From Escherichia coli (GTDB lineage Bacteria; Pseudomonadota; Gammaproteobacteria; Enterobacterales; Enterobacteriaceae), in assembly GCF_003334405.1 (NCBI RefSeq), contig NZ_QOWM01000021.1: DNA of 53,345 nt. The stretch is one strand, 5' to 3'. The stretch's first letter is position 1, and every line of letters starts with the position of its first letter. The notes under the pieces are model-generated. The model worked only from the letters and a program-made list of their open reading frames with translations, searched no databases and was not told the origin of the DNA. A program made the position numbers and the translations under genes. Below, piece by piece: positions 1 to 11,133 of the stretch.

Positions 1-93
1 CCGCCGGGAGCGGATTTGAACGTTGCGAAGCAACGGCCCGGAGGGTGGCGGGCAGGACGCCCGCCATAAACTGCCAGGCATCAAATTAAGCAG

Positions 94-121
94 AAGGCCA
101 TCCTGACGGATGGCCTTTTTG
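94..121 (+). terminator. rRNA-operon distal (T2-type) intrinsic terminator; bases 1-121 are the 3' flank of an rrn operon
   Basis: Hairpin GGCCATCC-tgac-GGATGGCC (96-115) followed by TTTTT (116-120). Bases 1-121 match from memory the rrnB T1-T2 spacer/T2 sequence carried in expression vectors (ccgccgggagcggatttgaacgttgcgaagcaacggcccggagggtggcgggcaggacgcccgccataaactgccaggcatcaaattaagcagaaggccatcctgacggatggccttttt). Confidence 0.75.
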
Positions 122-140
122 CATTGGCGCAGAAAAAAAT

Positions 141-176
141 GCCGGATGCGACGCTGGCGCGTCTTATCCAGCCTAC
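141..176. repeat. REP (repetitive extragenic palindromic) element
   Basis: gccggatgcgacgctggcgcgtcttatccagcctac matches the REP/PU consensus family seen repeatedly in this window. Confidence 0.5.
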
Positions 177-182
177 TCTTGC

Positions 183-710
183 TTATCCGTTCTGCTTTTG
201 CATCCACTCCACCACAAAATCAGCCAGCCCCTCAACATCATTAATATCCAGTAATGCGACATCAAGATTAAGCGGCACATCACTGGCTACAGCAATAACA
301 TGCCTGTCTATCACTAATTCTTCAGGTCGATGTCCGGCTCCATCGCGAAACAGCACAATCTTTGCGATCTCTTCATGCTTAAACCCTTCGACCAGAATCA
401 AATCCAGCTTTGAGGTATCCATTCGACTTGCGAGAAACTGTAGATCCAGCTCTTCTTCGTCTGGTGTTTCCGTCATCAAGGCCCATCGTTGCTGGCTGGC
501 AACGATGGTTTGTGCCGCGCCAGCCTTGCGCAGCTCATAGCTATCTTTGCCTGGCTTATCAACATCCATATCATGGTGCGTATGCTTAATCAGCCCTGGA
601 CGGATCCCTCTGGCGCATAATGCCGGGATCAGTTTTTTCAAAAGCGTAGTTTTTCCGGTACCACTCCACGCGGCAAAGGCGAGTAACGGTATCATCGTTT
701 TTCCTGCCAT
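183..710 (-). CDS. mobB: Molybdopterin-guanine dinucleotide biosynthesis adapter protein MobB
   Basis: ORF translation has P-loop AWSGTGKTT and the MobB-like sequence [41 protein letters not shown]. Start may be the internal ATG at 695 (MIPLL), which would overlap the mobA stop. Confidence 0.9.
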
Positions 711-1276
711 CGGGCAAGCTCCTCTGGCGTATTCACGTTAACAAATGCATCTTTATGATCGCTGAAATCAACCGCATGACCGCCAGCCAGACGCATAAAT
801 ACCATTACCCGGCGTTCTCCTGCTTGCAGATATTCCAGTAATAAAGGCTCAATAGCGCGGTTTACCAGAGCAATAGTCGGGTGATCGCGTTCACCGTCAT
901 GGACCCACACGACAGGCGCATCTTTGCGCTGATGATTAAGCCTGGCTGCTAAATCAGGGGGAATGTAAGGCGTATCGCACGGGCAAAACAAAAACCACTC
1001 ACCAGCTTCCTGCTGCATTACTGAAAGCATTCCTGCCAGAGGGCCTGGGTAATCCGCCAGTGAATCTTCAATCACTTTCAGACCGCTTGCCTGATAGATT
1101 TCCTGATGACGATTAGCATTAACCACGACGTGAGAGAGCTGCGTCATAAGCGCGTCAGCGACATGTTGCCATAATGGTTTGCCGTTTAATTCAAGCAATC
1201 CTTTATCTACGCCGCCCATTCGTCTGGCTTTACCGCCTGCCAGCACAACGCCTGTTATCGTCGTCATCAGATTCAC
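692..1276 (-). CDS. mobA: Molybdenum cofactor guanylyltransferase MobA
   Basis: 194-aa [25 protein letters not shown]...; nucleotidyltransferase GxxLAGG motif; overlaps mobB start, consistent with a coupled mobAB operon. Confidence 0.95.
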
Positions 1277-1345
1277 CGATATCGCCTCTTTTATTGTGGG
1301 ATTGACCCTGCTAACGTGTCTGTCTCAAGAGTAAGGAGCATCACT

Positions 1346-1615
1346 ATGAAATGTAAACGTCTGAATGAAGTTATTGAACTCCTCCAGCCAGCCTGGCAAA
1401 AAGAGCCAGACCTTAACCTGCTGCAATTTTTGCAGAAACTGGCGAAAGAGTCAGGTTTTGACGGCGAACTGGCGGATTTGACGGATGACATTCTGATCTA
1501 TCACCTGAAAATGCGTGATTCCGCGAAAGATGCGGTGATCCCGGGTTTGCAGAAAGATTATGAAGAAGACTTCAAAACGGCGCTGTTACGCGCTCGCGGC
1601 GTAATTAAAGAGTAA
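1346..1615 (+). CDS. yihD: DUF1040 protein YihD
   Basis: ORF-track frame 1316-1615 trimmed to ATG at 1346 ([24 protein letters not shown]...), which is preceded by SD AAGGAG (1332-1337). Confidence 0.9.
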
Positions 1616-1691
1616 AAGCTTGTAAGCGGCGCCACCAAAATCATCGTGAAATGATATCCTTCGTCATTCGTAATGTTTTCCGGATGATGGG

Positions 1692-2678
1692 ATGAATAAC
1701 AGCGCTTTTACTTTCCAGACACTACACCCGGATACCATCATGGACGCTCTGTTTGAGCATGGGATCCGGGTGGATTCCGGTCTTACCCCGCTTAACAGCT
1801 ATGAAAACCGTGTCTATCAATTTCAGGACGAAGATCGTCGACGTTTTGTCGTCAAATTTTATCGCCCTGAACGTTGGACAGCCGATCAAATCCTCGAAGA
1901 ACATCAATTTGCGTTGCAGCTGGTAAATGATGAAGTTCCGGTCGCAGCACCTGTGGCCTTTAACGGTCAGACTTTATTGAATCATCAGGGATTTTATTTC
2001 GCTGTTTTTCCAAGCGTCGGTGGTCGCCAGTTCGAAGCTGATAATATCGATCAGATGGAAGCGGTTGGGCGTTATTTAGGGCGTATGCACCAGACGGGGC
2101 GCAAACAGCTTTTTATCCATCGCCCGACCATCGGTTTGAACGAATATCTCATTGAGCCACGCAAGCTGTTTGAGGACGCTACACTGATACCTTCCGGGTT
2201 GAAAGCGGCATTCCTGAAAGCGACAGATGAGCTGATTGCCGCCGTTACAGCACACTGGCGGGAAGATTTCACCGTTCTGCGGCTACATGGAGACTGCCAC
2301 GCCGGGAATATTCTCTGGCGCGATGGTCCAATGTTTGTTGATCTGGATGATGCACGTAATGGTCCAGCCGTTCAGGATTTGTGGATGTTGCTCAATGGCG
2401 ATAAAGCCGAGCAGCGGATGCAACTGGAAACTATTATTGAAGCTTATGAAGAATTTAGCGAGTTCGACACCGCTGAAATCGGACTGATTGAACCTTTACG
2501 CGCCATGCGTTTGGTTTATTATCTTGCCTGGCTAATGCGGCGTTGGGCTGATCCCGCGTTCCCGAAAAATTTCCCGTGGTTAACCGGGGAAGATTACTGG
2601 CTGCGACAGACGGCGACTTTTATAGAACAGGCAAAAGTTCTACAAGAACCCCCTTTGCAATTAACACCTATGTATTAA
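1692..2678 (+). CDS. srkA: Stress response Ser/Thr protein kinase SrkA (RdoA/YihE)
   Basis: 328-aa ORF MNNSAFTFQTLHPDTIMDALFEHGIRVDSGL...; kinase-like catalytic motif HGDCHAGNILW and DLDD. Confidence 0.95.
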   Translation: MNNSAFTFQTLHPDTIMDALFEHGIRVDSGLTPLNSYENRVYQFQDEDRRRFVVKFYRPERWTADQILEEHQFALQLVNDEVPVAAPVAFNGQTLLNHQGFYFAVFPSVGGRQFEADNIDQMEAVGRYLGRMHQTGRKQLFIHRPTIGLNEYLIEPRKLFEDATLIPSGLKAAFLKATDELIAAVTAHWREDFTVLRLHGDCHAGNILWRDGPMFVDLDDARNGPAVQDLWMLLNGDKAEQRMQLETIIEAYEEFSEFDTAEIGLIEPLRAMRLVYYLAWLMRRWADPAFPKNFPWLTGEDYWLRQTATFIEQAKVLQEPPLQLTPMY

Positions 2679-2694
2679 TCGGAGAGAGTAGATC

Positions 2695-3321
2695 ATGAAA
2701 AAGATTTGGCTGGCGCTGGCTGGTTTAGTTTTAGCGTTTAGCGCATCGGCGGCGCAGTATGAAGATGGTAAACAGTACACTACCCTGGAAAAACCGGTAG
2801 CTGGCGCGCCGCAAGTGCTGGAGTTTTTCTCTTTCTTCTGCCCGCACTGCTATCAGTTTGAAGAAGTTCTGCATATTTCTGATAATGTGAAGAAAAAACT
2901 GCCGGAAGGCGTGAAGATGACTAAATACCACGTCAACTTCATGGGTGGTGACCTGGGCAAAGATCTGACTCAGGCATGGGCTGTGGCGATGGCGCTGGGC
3001 GTGGAAGACAAAGTGACTGTTCCGCTGTTTGAAGGCGTACAGAAAACCCAGACCATTCGTTCTGCTTCTGATATCCGCGATGTATTTATCAACGCAGGTA
3101 TTAAAGGTGAAGAGTACGACGCGGCGTGGAACAGCTTCGTGGTGAAATCTCTGGTCGCTCAGCAGGAAAAAGCTGCAGCTGACGTGCAATTGCGTGGCGT
3201 TCCGGCGATGTTTGTTAACGGTAAATATCAGCTGAATCCGCAGGGTATGGATACCAGCAATATGGATGTTTTTGTTCAGCAGTATGCTGATACAGTGAAA
3301 TATCTGTCCGAGAAAAAATAA
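2695..3321 (+). CDS. dsbA: Periplasmic thiol:disulfide oxidoreductase DsbA
   Basis: 208-aa ORF with signal peptide [19 protein letters not shown] and active site CPHC in [15 protein letters not shown]. Confidence 0.97.
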
Positions 3322-3339
3322 TTCAATGTAAATTACATA

Positions 3340-3369
3340 AAGCCCGTGAATATTCACGGGCTTTTTTTA
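3340..3369 (+). terminator. Intrinsic terminator downstream of dsbA
   Basis: Hairpin GCCCGTGAATATTCACGGGC followed by TTTTTTT. Confidence 0.7.
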
Positions 3370-3475
3370 TTATTTAATAAATATAAATACATTCTGATAA
3401 TGCATCCTGCCGCTGGACATTATTTCAGCATAAGTGGATATTCAAAGTTTTGCTGTTTTATCAGGGAATATTTAT

Positions 3476-4906
3476 ATGATACGTAAGTCAGCTACAGGTG
3501 TTATTGTTGCGTTAGCCGTAATCTGGGGTGGTGGCACATGGTACACAGGTACGCAAATTCAGCCTGGTATCGAAAAATTTATTAAAGATTTTAACGATGC
3601 TAAAAAGAAAGGTGAACATGCCTACGATATGACGTTAAGTTATCAAAATTTTGACAAAGGCTTTTTTAATTCCCGTTTTCAAATGCAAATGACATTCGAT
3701 AACGGTGCACCCGATCTCAATATCAAGCCAGGCCAGAAAGTTGTATTTGATGTGGATGTTGAGCACGGTCCGTTGCCCATCACAATGTTAATGCATGGTA
3801 ATGTCATCCCAGCACTGGCAGCGGCAAAAGTGAACTTAGTGAATAATGAACTGACACAACCGCTATTTATCGCCGCGAAAAATAAATCGCCCGTGGAAGC
3901 GACATTGCGATTCGCGTTTGGTGGCTCATTCTCTACGACATTAGATGTTGCCCCTGCAGAGTATGGAAAGTTTTCTTTTGGTGAGGGCCAGTTTACTTTT
4001 AATGGTGATGGTAGTTCATTGTCTAACCTGGATATTGAAGGCAAAGTCGAAGATATTGTTCTGCAATTATCACCAATGAACAAAGTAACGGCAAAAAGTT
4101 TTACCATTGATTCTCTGGCGCGATTAGAAGAAAAGAAATTTCCGGTTGGTGAAAGCGAGTCGAAATTTAATCAGATTAACATTATCAATCACGGGGAAGA
4201 CGTTGCCCAAATCGATGCTTTCGTTGCAAAAACCAGGCTGGATCGCGTTAAAGACAAAGATTATATCAATGTCAATCTCACCTACGAACTTGATAAGTTA
4301 ACAAAAGGGAATCAGCAACTCGGTAGTGGTGAGTGGTCATTGATTGCTGAATCTATTGATCCCTCAGCAGTGCGCCAATTTATCATCCAGTATAACATTG
4401 CGATGCAGAAGCAGCTTGCTGCACACCCTGAGTTAGCAAACGATGAAGTTGCTCTGCAAGAAGTGAATGCTGCATTGTTCAAAGAGTATTTACCGTTATT
4501 ACAAAAAAGTGAGCCGACCATTAAACAACCGGTAAGATGGAAGAACGCACTCGGCGAACTAAATGCCAATCTGGATATCAGTATTGCCGACCCAGCCAAA
4601 TCTTCATCATCCACAAACAAAGATATCAAATCGCTCAATTTTGATGTGAAGTTACCGCTTAATGTCGTCACAGAAACCGCAAAACAGCTTAATTTATCTG
4701 AAGGAATGGATGCGGAAAAAGCGCAAAAGCAGGCTGATAAACAAATCAGCGGGATGATGACATTAGGTCAGATGTTTCAGTTAATCACGATTGACAACAA
4801 TACCGCCTCGCTGCAGCTGCGTTATACACCGGGTAAAGTTGTTTTTAACGGACAGGAGATGAGCGAAGAAGAATTTATGTCTCGTGCCGGACGTTTTGTT
4901 CATTAA
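3476..4906 (+). CDS. yihF: DUF945 family envelope protein YihF
   Basis: ORF-track frame starts at GTG 3434; I prefer ATG 3476 (MIRKSATGVIVALAVIWGGGTWYTG..., N-terminal hydrophobic segment), giving 476 aa. Confidence 0.85.
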   Translation: MIRKSATGVIVALAVIWGGGTWYTGTQIQPGIEKFIKDFNDAKKKGEHAYDMTLSYQNFDKGFFNSRFQMQMTFDNGAPDLNIKPGQKVVFDVDVEHGPLPITMLMHGNVIPALAAAKVNLVNNELTQPLFIAAKNKSPVEATLRFAFGGSFSTTLDVAPAEYGKFSFGEGQFTFNGDGSSLSNLDIEGKVEDIVLQLSPMNKVTAKSFTIDSLARLEEKKFPVGESESKFNQINIINHGEDVAQIDAFVAKTRLDRVKDKDYINVNLTYELDKLTKGNQQLGSGEWSLIAESIDPSAVRQFIIQYNIAMQKQLAAHPELANDEVALQEVNAALFKEYLPLLQKSEPTIKQPVRWKNALGELNANLDISIADPAKSSSSTNKDIKSLNFDVKLPLNVVTETAKQLNLSEGMDAEKAQKQADKQISGMMTLGQMFQLITIDNNTASLQLRYTPGKVVFNGQEMSEEEFMSRAGRFVH

Positions 4907-4913
4907 AATACTC

Positions 4914-4946
4914 ACTCGCCTCTGCTCATTCAGAGGCGAGTAAAAC
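4914..4946. terminator. Putative bidirectional terminator between convergent yihF and yihG
   Basis: Inverted repeat CTCGCCTCTG...CAGAGGCGAG lies between the two convergent stop codons. Confidence 0.45.
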
Positions 4947-5879
4947 TTACTTATTCTGACGCTGTGATGACATGAGAGACGTCAGAAGCCGGTCTTTTTC
5001 CTGCCACAATGAGTTCAGCCATTGCTGAAAATGGCGCTTAAAGCTTTTGTCATTGATGTAGTCGCCATGTAACTCATCGGCAATAGGCTGTAAATCCACA
5101 TGTACGACAATCCGCGTCAGTTTACCGCTTAACATATCGAAGAACGGCTGACGGTTATTGTCCGGATAACACAGCGTAACATTAAGCAGTTTATCGAATT
5201 GTTTACCCAGTACATTTAGCGCCATCGCAATGCCTGCCGCCTTTGGTGGCAACAAGTTTTGAAAAGTGGAGTGGGTTTGCTGATGTTTTTCTTGCGTGAA
5301 ACGGGAGCCTTCAACGAAATTGACAATGGTGGTGGGATGCAGGCGAAACTTTTCACAAGAACGCCGAGTGGTTTCAACATCTTTACCACGTCGCTCCGGA
5401 TGACGTAATAAATAAGCGCGGGAATAACGCTTCATAAACGGCATATCCAGCGACCAGCACGCCAGGCCAAGAAATGGCACCCAGGCCAGCTGTTGCTTGA
5501 GGAAATATTTATTCATCGGAATGTGCTTACGAAACAGCACGCACAGTACGACAATATCTGCCCAACTACGGTGGTTACAAATAAGCAGATACCAGTTCTT
5601 CTTACTTAACCCTTCCAGCCCGTGAACTTCCCATTGAAGGTGTGGGTTCAGATGCAGTAATACCGCCAGACCTTCACACCAGCAATACATCATAAAATCA
5701 CAAAAACGCGAAACCTTTCGCCAAATGACTGGCACAGGTAGCAATAGTTTTACAATCCCGGCAATGATGATCGGGACGGAACAAAAAATAGTGACCAAAA
5801 TGGTCAATACGATACTCAGCAAAAGGGTTATCGCAGCGAGTATTCTCGTCATAATGAATTTATTCAAAAGGTTAGCCAT
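4947..5879 (-). CDS. yihG: PlsC-family acyltransferase YihG
   Basis: ORF-track frame (TTG at 5903) trimmed to ATG 5879 ([20 protein letters not shown]...), 310 aa; acyltransferase motif NHRSWADI. Confidence 0.85.
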
Positions 5880-6109
5880 AGACAGTGCGCTAAAGAAGCG
5901 CAAGGCGCAGATTTTAGCAGAAAACGACCCAAATAACGGATGATCCTTAAGGAGAAAAATAATTCATATCTATCCACATTAGAAAAAATCCCATTATCTC
6001 AATTATTAGGGATGGATTTATTTTTAACTGCATGAAAAACAAAGACAAACATCATGCTGTAAAAAGCATGATAATAAATTAAAAGCGATGTAAATAATTT
6101 ATGCACAAA

Positions 6110-6118
6110 GTTATCCAC
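6110..6118 (+). promoter_or_regulatory. DnaA-box consensus 9-mer in polA upstream region
   Basis: TTATCCACA is an exact match to the DnaA box consensus TTATNCACA, about 130 bp upstream of the polA ATG; a second near-match CTATCCACA is at 5970-5978. Confidence 0.45.
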
Positions 6119-6242
6119 ATGACGATTTGCGAGCGATCCAGAAGATCTACAAAAGATTTTCACGAAAAGCGGTGAAAAACTCATGTTTTCATCCTGTCTG
6201 TGGCATCCTTTACCCATAATCTGATAAACAGGCACGGACATT

Positions 6243-9029
6243 ATGGTTCAGATCCCCCAAAATCCACTTATCCTTGTAGATGGTTCATCTTATCTTTATC
6301 GCGCATATCACGCGTTTCCCCCGCTGACTAACAGCGCAGGCGAGCCGACCGGTGCGATGTATGGTGTCCTCAACATGCTGCGCAGTCTGATCATGCAATA
6401 TAAACCGACGCATGCAGCGGTGGTCTTTGACGCCAAGGGAAAAACCTTTCGTGATGAACTGTTTGAACATTACAAATCACATCGCCCGCCAATGCCGGAC
6501 GATCTGCGTGCACAAATCGAACCCTTGCACGCGATGGTTAAAGCGATGGGACTGCCGCTGCTGGCGGTTTCTGGCGTAGAAGCGGACGACGTTATCGGTA
6601 CTCTGGCGCGCGAAGCCGAAAAAGCCGGGCGTCCGGTGCTGATCAGCACTGGCGATAAAGATATGGCGCAGCTGGTGACGCCAAATATTACGCTTATCAA
6701 TACCATGACGAATACCATCCTCGGACCGGAAGAGGTGGTGAATAAGTACGGCGTGCCGCCAGAACTGATCATCGATTTCCTGGCGCTGATGGGTGACTCC
6801 TCTGATAACATTCCTGGCGTACCGGGCGTCGGTGAAAAAACCGCGCAGGCATTGCTGCAAGGTCTTGGCGGACTGGATACGCTGTATGCCGAGCCAGAAA
6901 AAATTGCTGGGTTGAGCTTCCGTGGCGCGAAAACAATGGCAGCGAAGCTCGAGCAAAACAAAGAAGTTGCTTATCTCTCATACCAGCTGGCGACGATTAA
7001 AACCGACGTTGAACTGGAGCTGACCTGTGAACAACTGGAAGTGCAGCAACCGGCAGCGGAAGAGTTGTTGGGGCTGTTCAAAAAGTATGAGTTCAAACGC
7101 TGGACTGCTGATGTCGAAGCGGGCAAATGGTTACAGGCCAAAGGGGCAAAACCAGCCGCGAAGCCACAGGAAACCAGTGTTGCAGACGAAGCACCAGAAG
7201 TGACGGCAACGGTGATTTCTTATGACAACTACGTCACCATCCTTGATGAAGAAACACTGAAAGCGTGGATTGCGAAGCTGGAAAAAGCGCCGGTATTTGC
7301 ATTTGATACCGAAACCGACAGCCTTGATAACATCTCTGCTAACCTGGTCGGGCTTTCTTTTGCTATCGAGCCAGGCGTAGCGGCATATATTCCGGTTGCT
7401 CATGATTATCTTGATGCGCCCGATCAAATCTCTCGCGAGCGTGCACTCGAGTTGCTAAAACCGCTGCTGGAAGATGAAAAGGCGCTGAAGGTCGGGCAAA
7501 ACCTGAAATACGATCGCGGTATTCTGGCGAACTACGGCATTGAACTGCGTGGGATTGCGTTTGATACCATGCTGGAGTCCTACATTCTCAATAGCGTTGC
7601 CGGGCGTCACGATATGGACAGCCTCGCGGAACGTTGGTTGAAGCACAAAACCATCACTTTTGAAGAGATTGCTGGTAAAGGCAAAAATCAACTGACCTTT
7701 AACCAGATTGCCCTCGAAGAAGCCGGACGTTACGCCGCCGAAGATGCAGATGTCACCTTGCAGTTGCATCTGAAAATGTGGCCGGATCTGCAAAAACACA
7801 AAGGGCCGTTGAACGTCTTCGAGAATATCGAAATGCCGCTGGTGCCGGTGCTTTCACGCATTGAACGTAACGGTGTGAAGATCGATCCGAAAGTGCTGCA
7901 CAATCATTCTGAAGAGCTCACCCTTCGTCTGGCTGAGCTGGAAAAGAAAGCGCATGAAATTGCAGGTGAGGAATTTAACCTTTCTTCCACCAAGCAGTTA
8001 CAAACCATTCTCTTTGAAAAACAGGGCATTAAACCGCTGAAGAAAACGCCGGGTGGCGCGCCGTCAACGTCGGAAGAGGTACTGGAAGAACTGGCGCTGG
8101 ACTATCCGTTGCCAAAAGTGATTCTGGAGTATCGTGGTCTGGCGAAGCTGAAATCGACCTACACCGACAAGCTGCCGCTGATGATCAACCCGAAAACCGG
8201 GCGTGTGCATACCTCTTATCACCAGGCAGTAACTGCAACGGGACGTTTATCGTCAACCGATCCTAACCTGCAAAACATTCCGGTGCGTAACGAAGAAGGT
8301 CGTCGTATCCGCCAGGCGTTTATTGCGCCAGAGGATTATGTGATTGTCTCAGCGGACTACTCGCAGATTGAACTGCGCATTATGGCGCATCTTTCGCGTG
8401 ACAAAGGCTTGCTGACCGCATTCGCGGAAGGAAAAGATATCCACCGGGCAACGGCGGCAGAAGTGTTTGGTTTGCCACTGGAAACCGTCACCAGCGAGCA
8501 ACGCCGTAGCGCGAAAGCGATCAACTTTGGTCTGATTTATGGCATGAGTGCTTTCGGTCTGGCGCGGCAATTGAACATTCCACGTAAAGAAGCGCAGAAG
8601 TACATGGACCTTTACTTCGAACGCTACCCTGGCGTGCTGGAGTATATGGAACGCACCCGTGCTCAGGCGAAAGAGCAGGGCTACGTTGAAACGCTGGACG
8701 GACGCCGTCTGTATCTGCCGGATATCAAATCCAGCAATGGTGCTCGTCGTGCAGCGGCTGAACGTGCAGCCATTAACGCGCCAATGCAGGGAACCGCCGC
8801 CGACATTATCAAACGGGCGATGATTGCCGTTGATGCGTGGTTACAGGCTGAGCAACCGCGTGTACGTATGATCATGCAGGTACACGATGAACTGGTATTT
8901 GAAGTTCATAAAGATGATGTTGATGCCGTCGCGAAGCAGATTCATCAACTGATGGAAAACTGTACCCGTCTGGATGTGCCGTTGCTGGTGGAAGTGGGGA
9001 GTGGCGAAAACTGGGATCAGGCGCACTAA
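6243..9029 (+). CDS. polA: DNA polymerase I
   Basis: 928-aa [33 protein letters not shown]...; 5'-3' exonuclease, 3'-5' exonuclease and polymerase motifs (e.g. [17 protein letters not shown]). Confidence 0.98.
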
Positions 9030-9175
9030 GATTCGCCTGAACATGCCTTTTTTCGTAAGTAAGCAACATAAGCTGTCACGTTTTGTGATGGCTATTAGAA
9101 ATTCCTATGCAACAACTGAAAAAAAATTACAAAAAGTGCTTTCTGAACTGAACAAAAAAGAGTAAAGTTAGTCGC

Positions 9176-9284
9176 GTAGGGTACAGAGGTAAGATGTTCT
9201 ATCTTTCAGACCTTTTACTTCACGTAATCGGATTTGGCTGAATATTTTAGCCGCCCCAGTCAGTAATGACTGGGGCGTTTTTTA
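9176..9284 (+). ncRNA. spf: Spot 42 small RNA
   Basis: gtagggtacagaggtaagatgttctatctttcagaccttttacttcacgtaatcggatttggctgaatattttagccgccccagtcagtaatgactggggcgttttttta matches the remembered 109-nt Spot 42 sequence, including the terminal hairpin CCCCAGTCAgtaaTGACTGGGG plus U-tract. Confidence 0.9.
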
Positions 9285-9309
9285 TTGGGCGAAAGAAAAG
9301 ATCCGTAAT

Positions 9310-9390
9310 GCCTGATGCGCTATGTTTATCAGGCCAACGGTAGAATTGTAATCTATTGAATTTACGGGCCGGATACGCCACATCCGGCAC
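9310..9390. repeat. REP pair (BIME) downstream of spf / engB
   Basis: gcctgatgcgctatgtttatcaggcc and gggccggatacgccacatccggcac palindromic units. Confidence 0.5.
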
Positions 9391-9409
9391 AAGCATTAAG
9401 GCAAGAAAA

Positions 9410-10042
9410 TTATTCGCCGTCCTGCGTTTCTTCTACAGGCTGCATCTCGCTAAACCAGGTATCCAGTTTCTGCCGCAGCTTGTCCACGCCTTGTTTCTTC
9501 AACGAAGAAAACGTTTCAACCTGCACATCACCGTTAAACGCCAGTACAGCTTCACGCACCATATTCAATTGCGCTTTACGTGCGCCGCTTGCCAGTTTGT
9601 CCGCTTTGGTCAGCAGCACCAGAACGGCGATATTGCTGTCTACCGCCCACTCAATCATCTGCTGATCCAAATCTTTCAGCGGATGGCGAATATCCATTAG
9701 CACCACCAGACCTTGCAGGCTCTGACGTTTTTCGAGGTATTCGCCGAGCGCACGCTGCCATTTGCGCTTCATCTCTTCCGGGACTTCCGCATAACCGTAC
9801 CCAGGCAAGTCAACCAGACGCTTGCCGTCAGCCACTTCAAACAGGTTGATAAGCTGGGTGCGCCCTGGGGTTTTTGAGGTACGAGCCAGGCTTTTCTGGT
9901 TAGTCAGCGTGTTCAGCGCGCTGGATTTACCTGCGTTGGAACGGCCTGCAAAAGCCACTTCAATTCCGGTATCGGAAGGTAGGTGGCGAATATCAGGCGC
10001 ACTCATCACAAAATGCGTCTGTTGATAATTCAAATTAGTCAA
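9410..10042 (-). CDS. engB: Ribosome biogenesis GTP-binding protein EngB (YihA)
   Basis: 210-aa ORF with G1 motif [15 protein letters not shown], and LTKADK. Confidence 0.95.
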
Positions 10043-10312
10043 AGCGGTCGTCTCCGTCAGTCAAAGCTTTGTGGCGATTATACCTGAACCATAATAAAAG
10101 GCGGATTTTTCGGCGTGAGCGTTGTAAGTAAAAGCCATACGCTTTGTGAGACATTGCCGATAGTCTTTATGCGAAATAGCAGAGAAAATTCTGCGATGCA
10201 TGTCAAATAAGCTATATAAATCAGTGAATTGCTTTTATATAAAACTCTGAAAATGTGCAAATACTGATGGCGGTTGATTGTTTGTTTAAAGCAAAGGCGT
10301 AAAGTAGCACCC

Positions 10313-10556
10313 ATAGAGCGAGGACGCTAACAGGAACAATGACTCAGGATGAGGGTCAGGAGCGCCAGGAGGCGAAGACAGAGGATTGTCAGGAAGACAA
10401 ACGTCCGGAGACGTAATTAAACGGAAATGGAATCAACACGGATTGTTCCGGCTAAAGGAAAAACAGGGTGTGTTGGCGGCCTGCAAGGATTGTAAGACCC
10501 GTTAAGGGTTATGAGTCAGGAAAAAAGGCGACAGAGTAATCTGTCGCCTTTTTTCT
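10313..10556 (+). ncRNA. csrC: CsrC small RNA (CsrA-sequestering)
   Basis: About 244 nt starting atagagcgaggacgctaacaggaacaatgactcaggatgagggtcaggagcgccaggagg..., with about 14 GGA motifs (many as CAGGA), ending in hairpin GGCGACAGagtaatCTGTCGCC plus TTTTTT; lies between engB and yihI as expected. Confidence 0.85.
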
Positions 10557-10623
10557 TTGCTTGCTTTCTGTTAGATTCCGCCGCAAATCTATACTGAATA
10601 AAACGGCTAAAAGACGAACCATT

Positions 10624-11133
10624 ATGAAACCATCATCTTCAAACTCACGCAGCAAAGGTCATGCAAAAGCGCGTCGAAAAACACGCGAGGAGCTGGATCA
10701 GGAAGCTCGTGATCGCAAGCGTCAGAAAAAACGTCGTGGTCATGCGCCGGGCAGCCGCGCAGCGGGCGGAAACACCACGTCAGGCAGCAAAGGCCAGAAC
10801 GCACCAAAAGATCCACGTATTGGCAGTAAAACCCCTATTCCATTGGGCGTGACTGAAAAAGTCACCAAACAGCACAAACCGAAGAGTGAGAAACCTATGC
10901 TTTCACCGCAGGCGGAGTTGGAATTACTGGAAACGGATGAGCGTCTGGATGCGCTGCTGGAACGTCTGGAAGCAGGCGAAACCCTGAGTGCCGAAGAGCA
11001 ATCCTGGGTGGATGCTAAACTGGATCGTATTGATGAGTTGATGCAGAAACTCGGCCTCTCTTATGACGATGACGAAGAAGAGGAAGAAGACGAGAAGCAA
11101 GAAGACATGATGCGTCTGCTGCGGGGCAACTAA
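10624..11133 (+). CDS. yihI: Der GTPase-activating protein YihI
   Basis: ORF-track frame 10561 trimmed to ATG 10624 ([26 protein letters not shown]...), 169 aa; basic N-terminus and acidic C-terminus [14 protein letters not shown]. Confidence 0.9.
   Translation: MKPSSSNSRSKGHAKARRKTREELDQEARDRKRQKKRRGHAPGSRAAGGNTTSGSKGQNAPKDPRIGSKTPIPLGVTEKVTKQHKPKSEKPMLSPQAELELLETDERLDALLERLEAGETLSAEEQSWVDAKLDRIDELMQKLGLSYDDDEEEEEDEKQEDMMRLLRGN

Noticed and set aside
124-540. 138-aa plus-strand ORF at the start of the window
   Set aside because: Lies antisense within mobB and over the REP/terminator region; low-complexity Ser-rich translation; no SD.
2731-3357. 208-aa minus-strand ORF
   Set aside because: Antisense within dsbA and spanning its terminator.
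6470-6981. Several 60-160 aa minus-strand ORFs
   Set aside because: Antisense within polA.
8974-9165. 63-aa plus-strand ORF between polA and spf
   Set aside because: Overlaps the polA 3' end and the Spot 42 promoter region; no SD; more plausibly noncoding.
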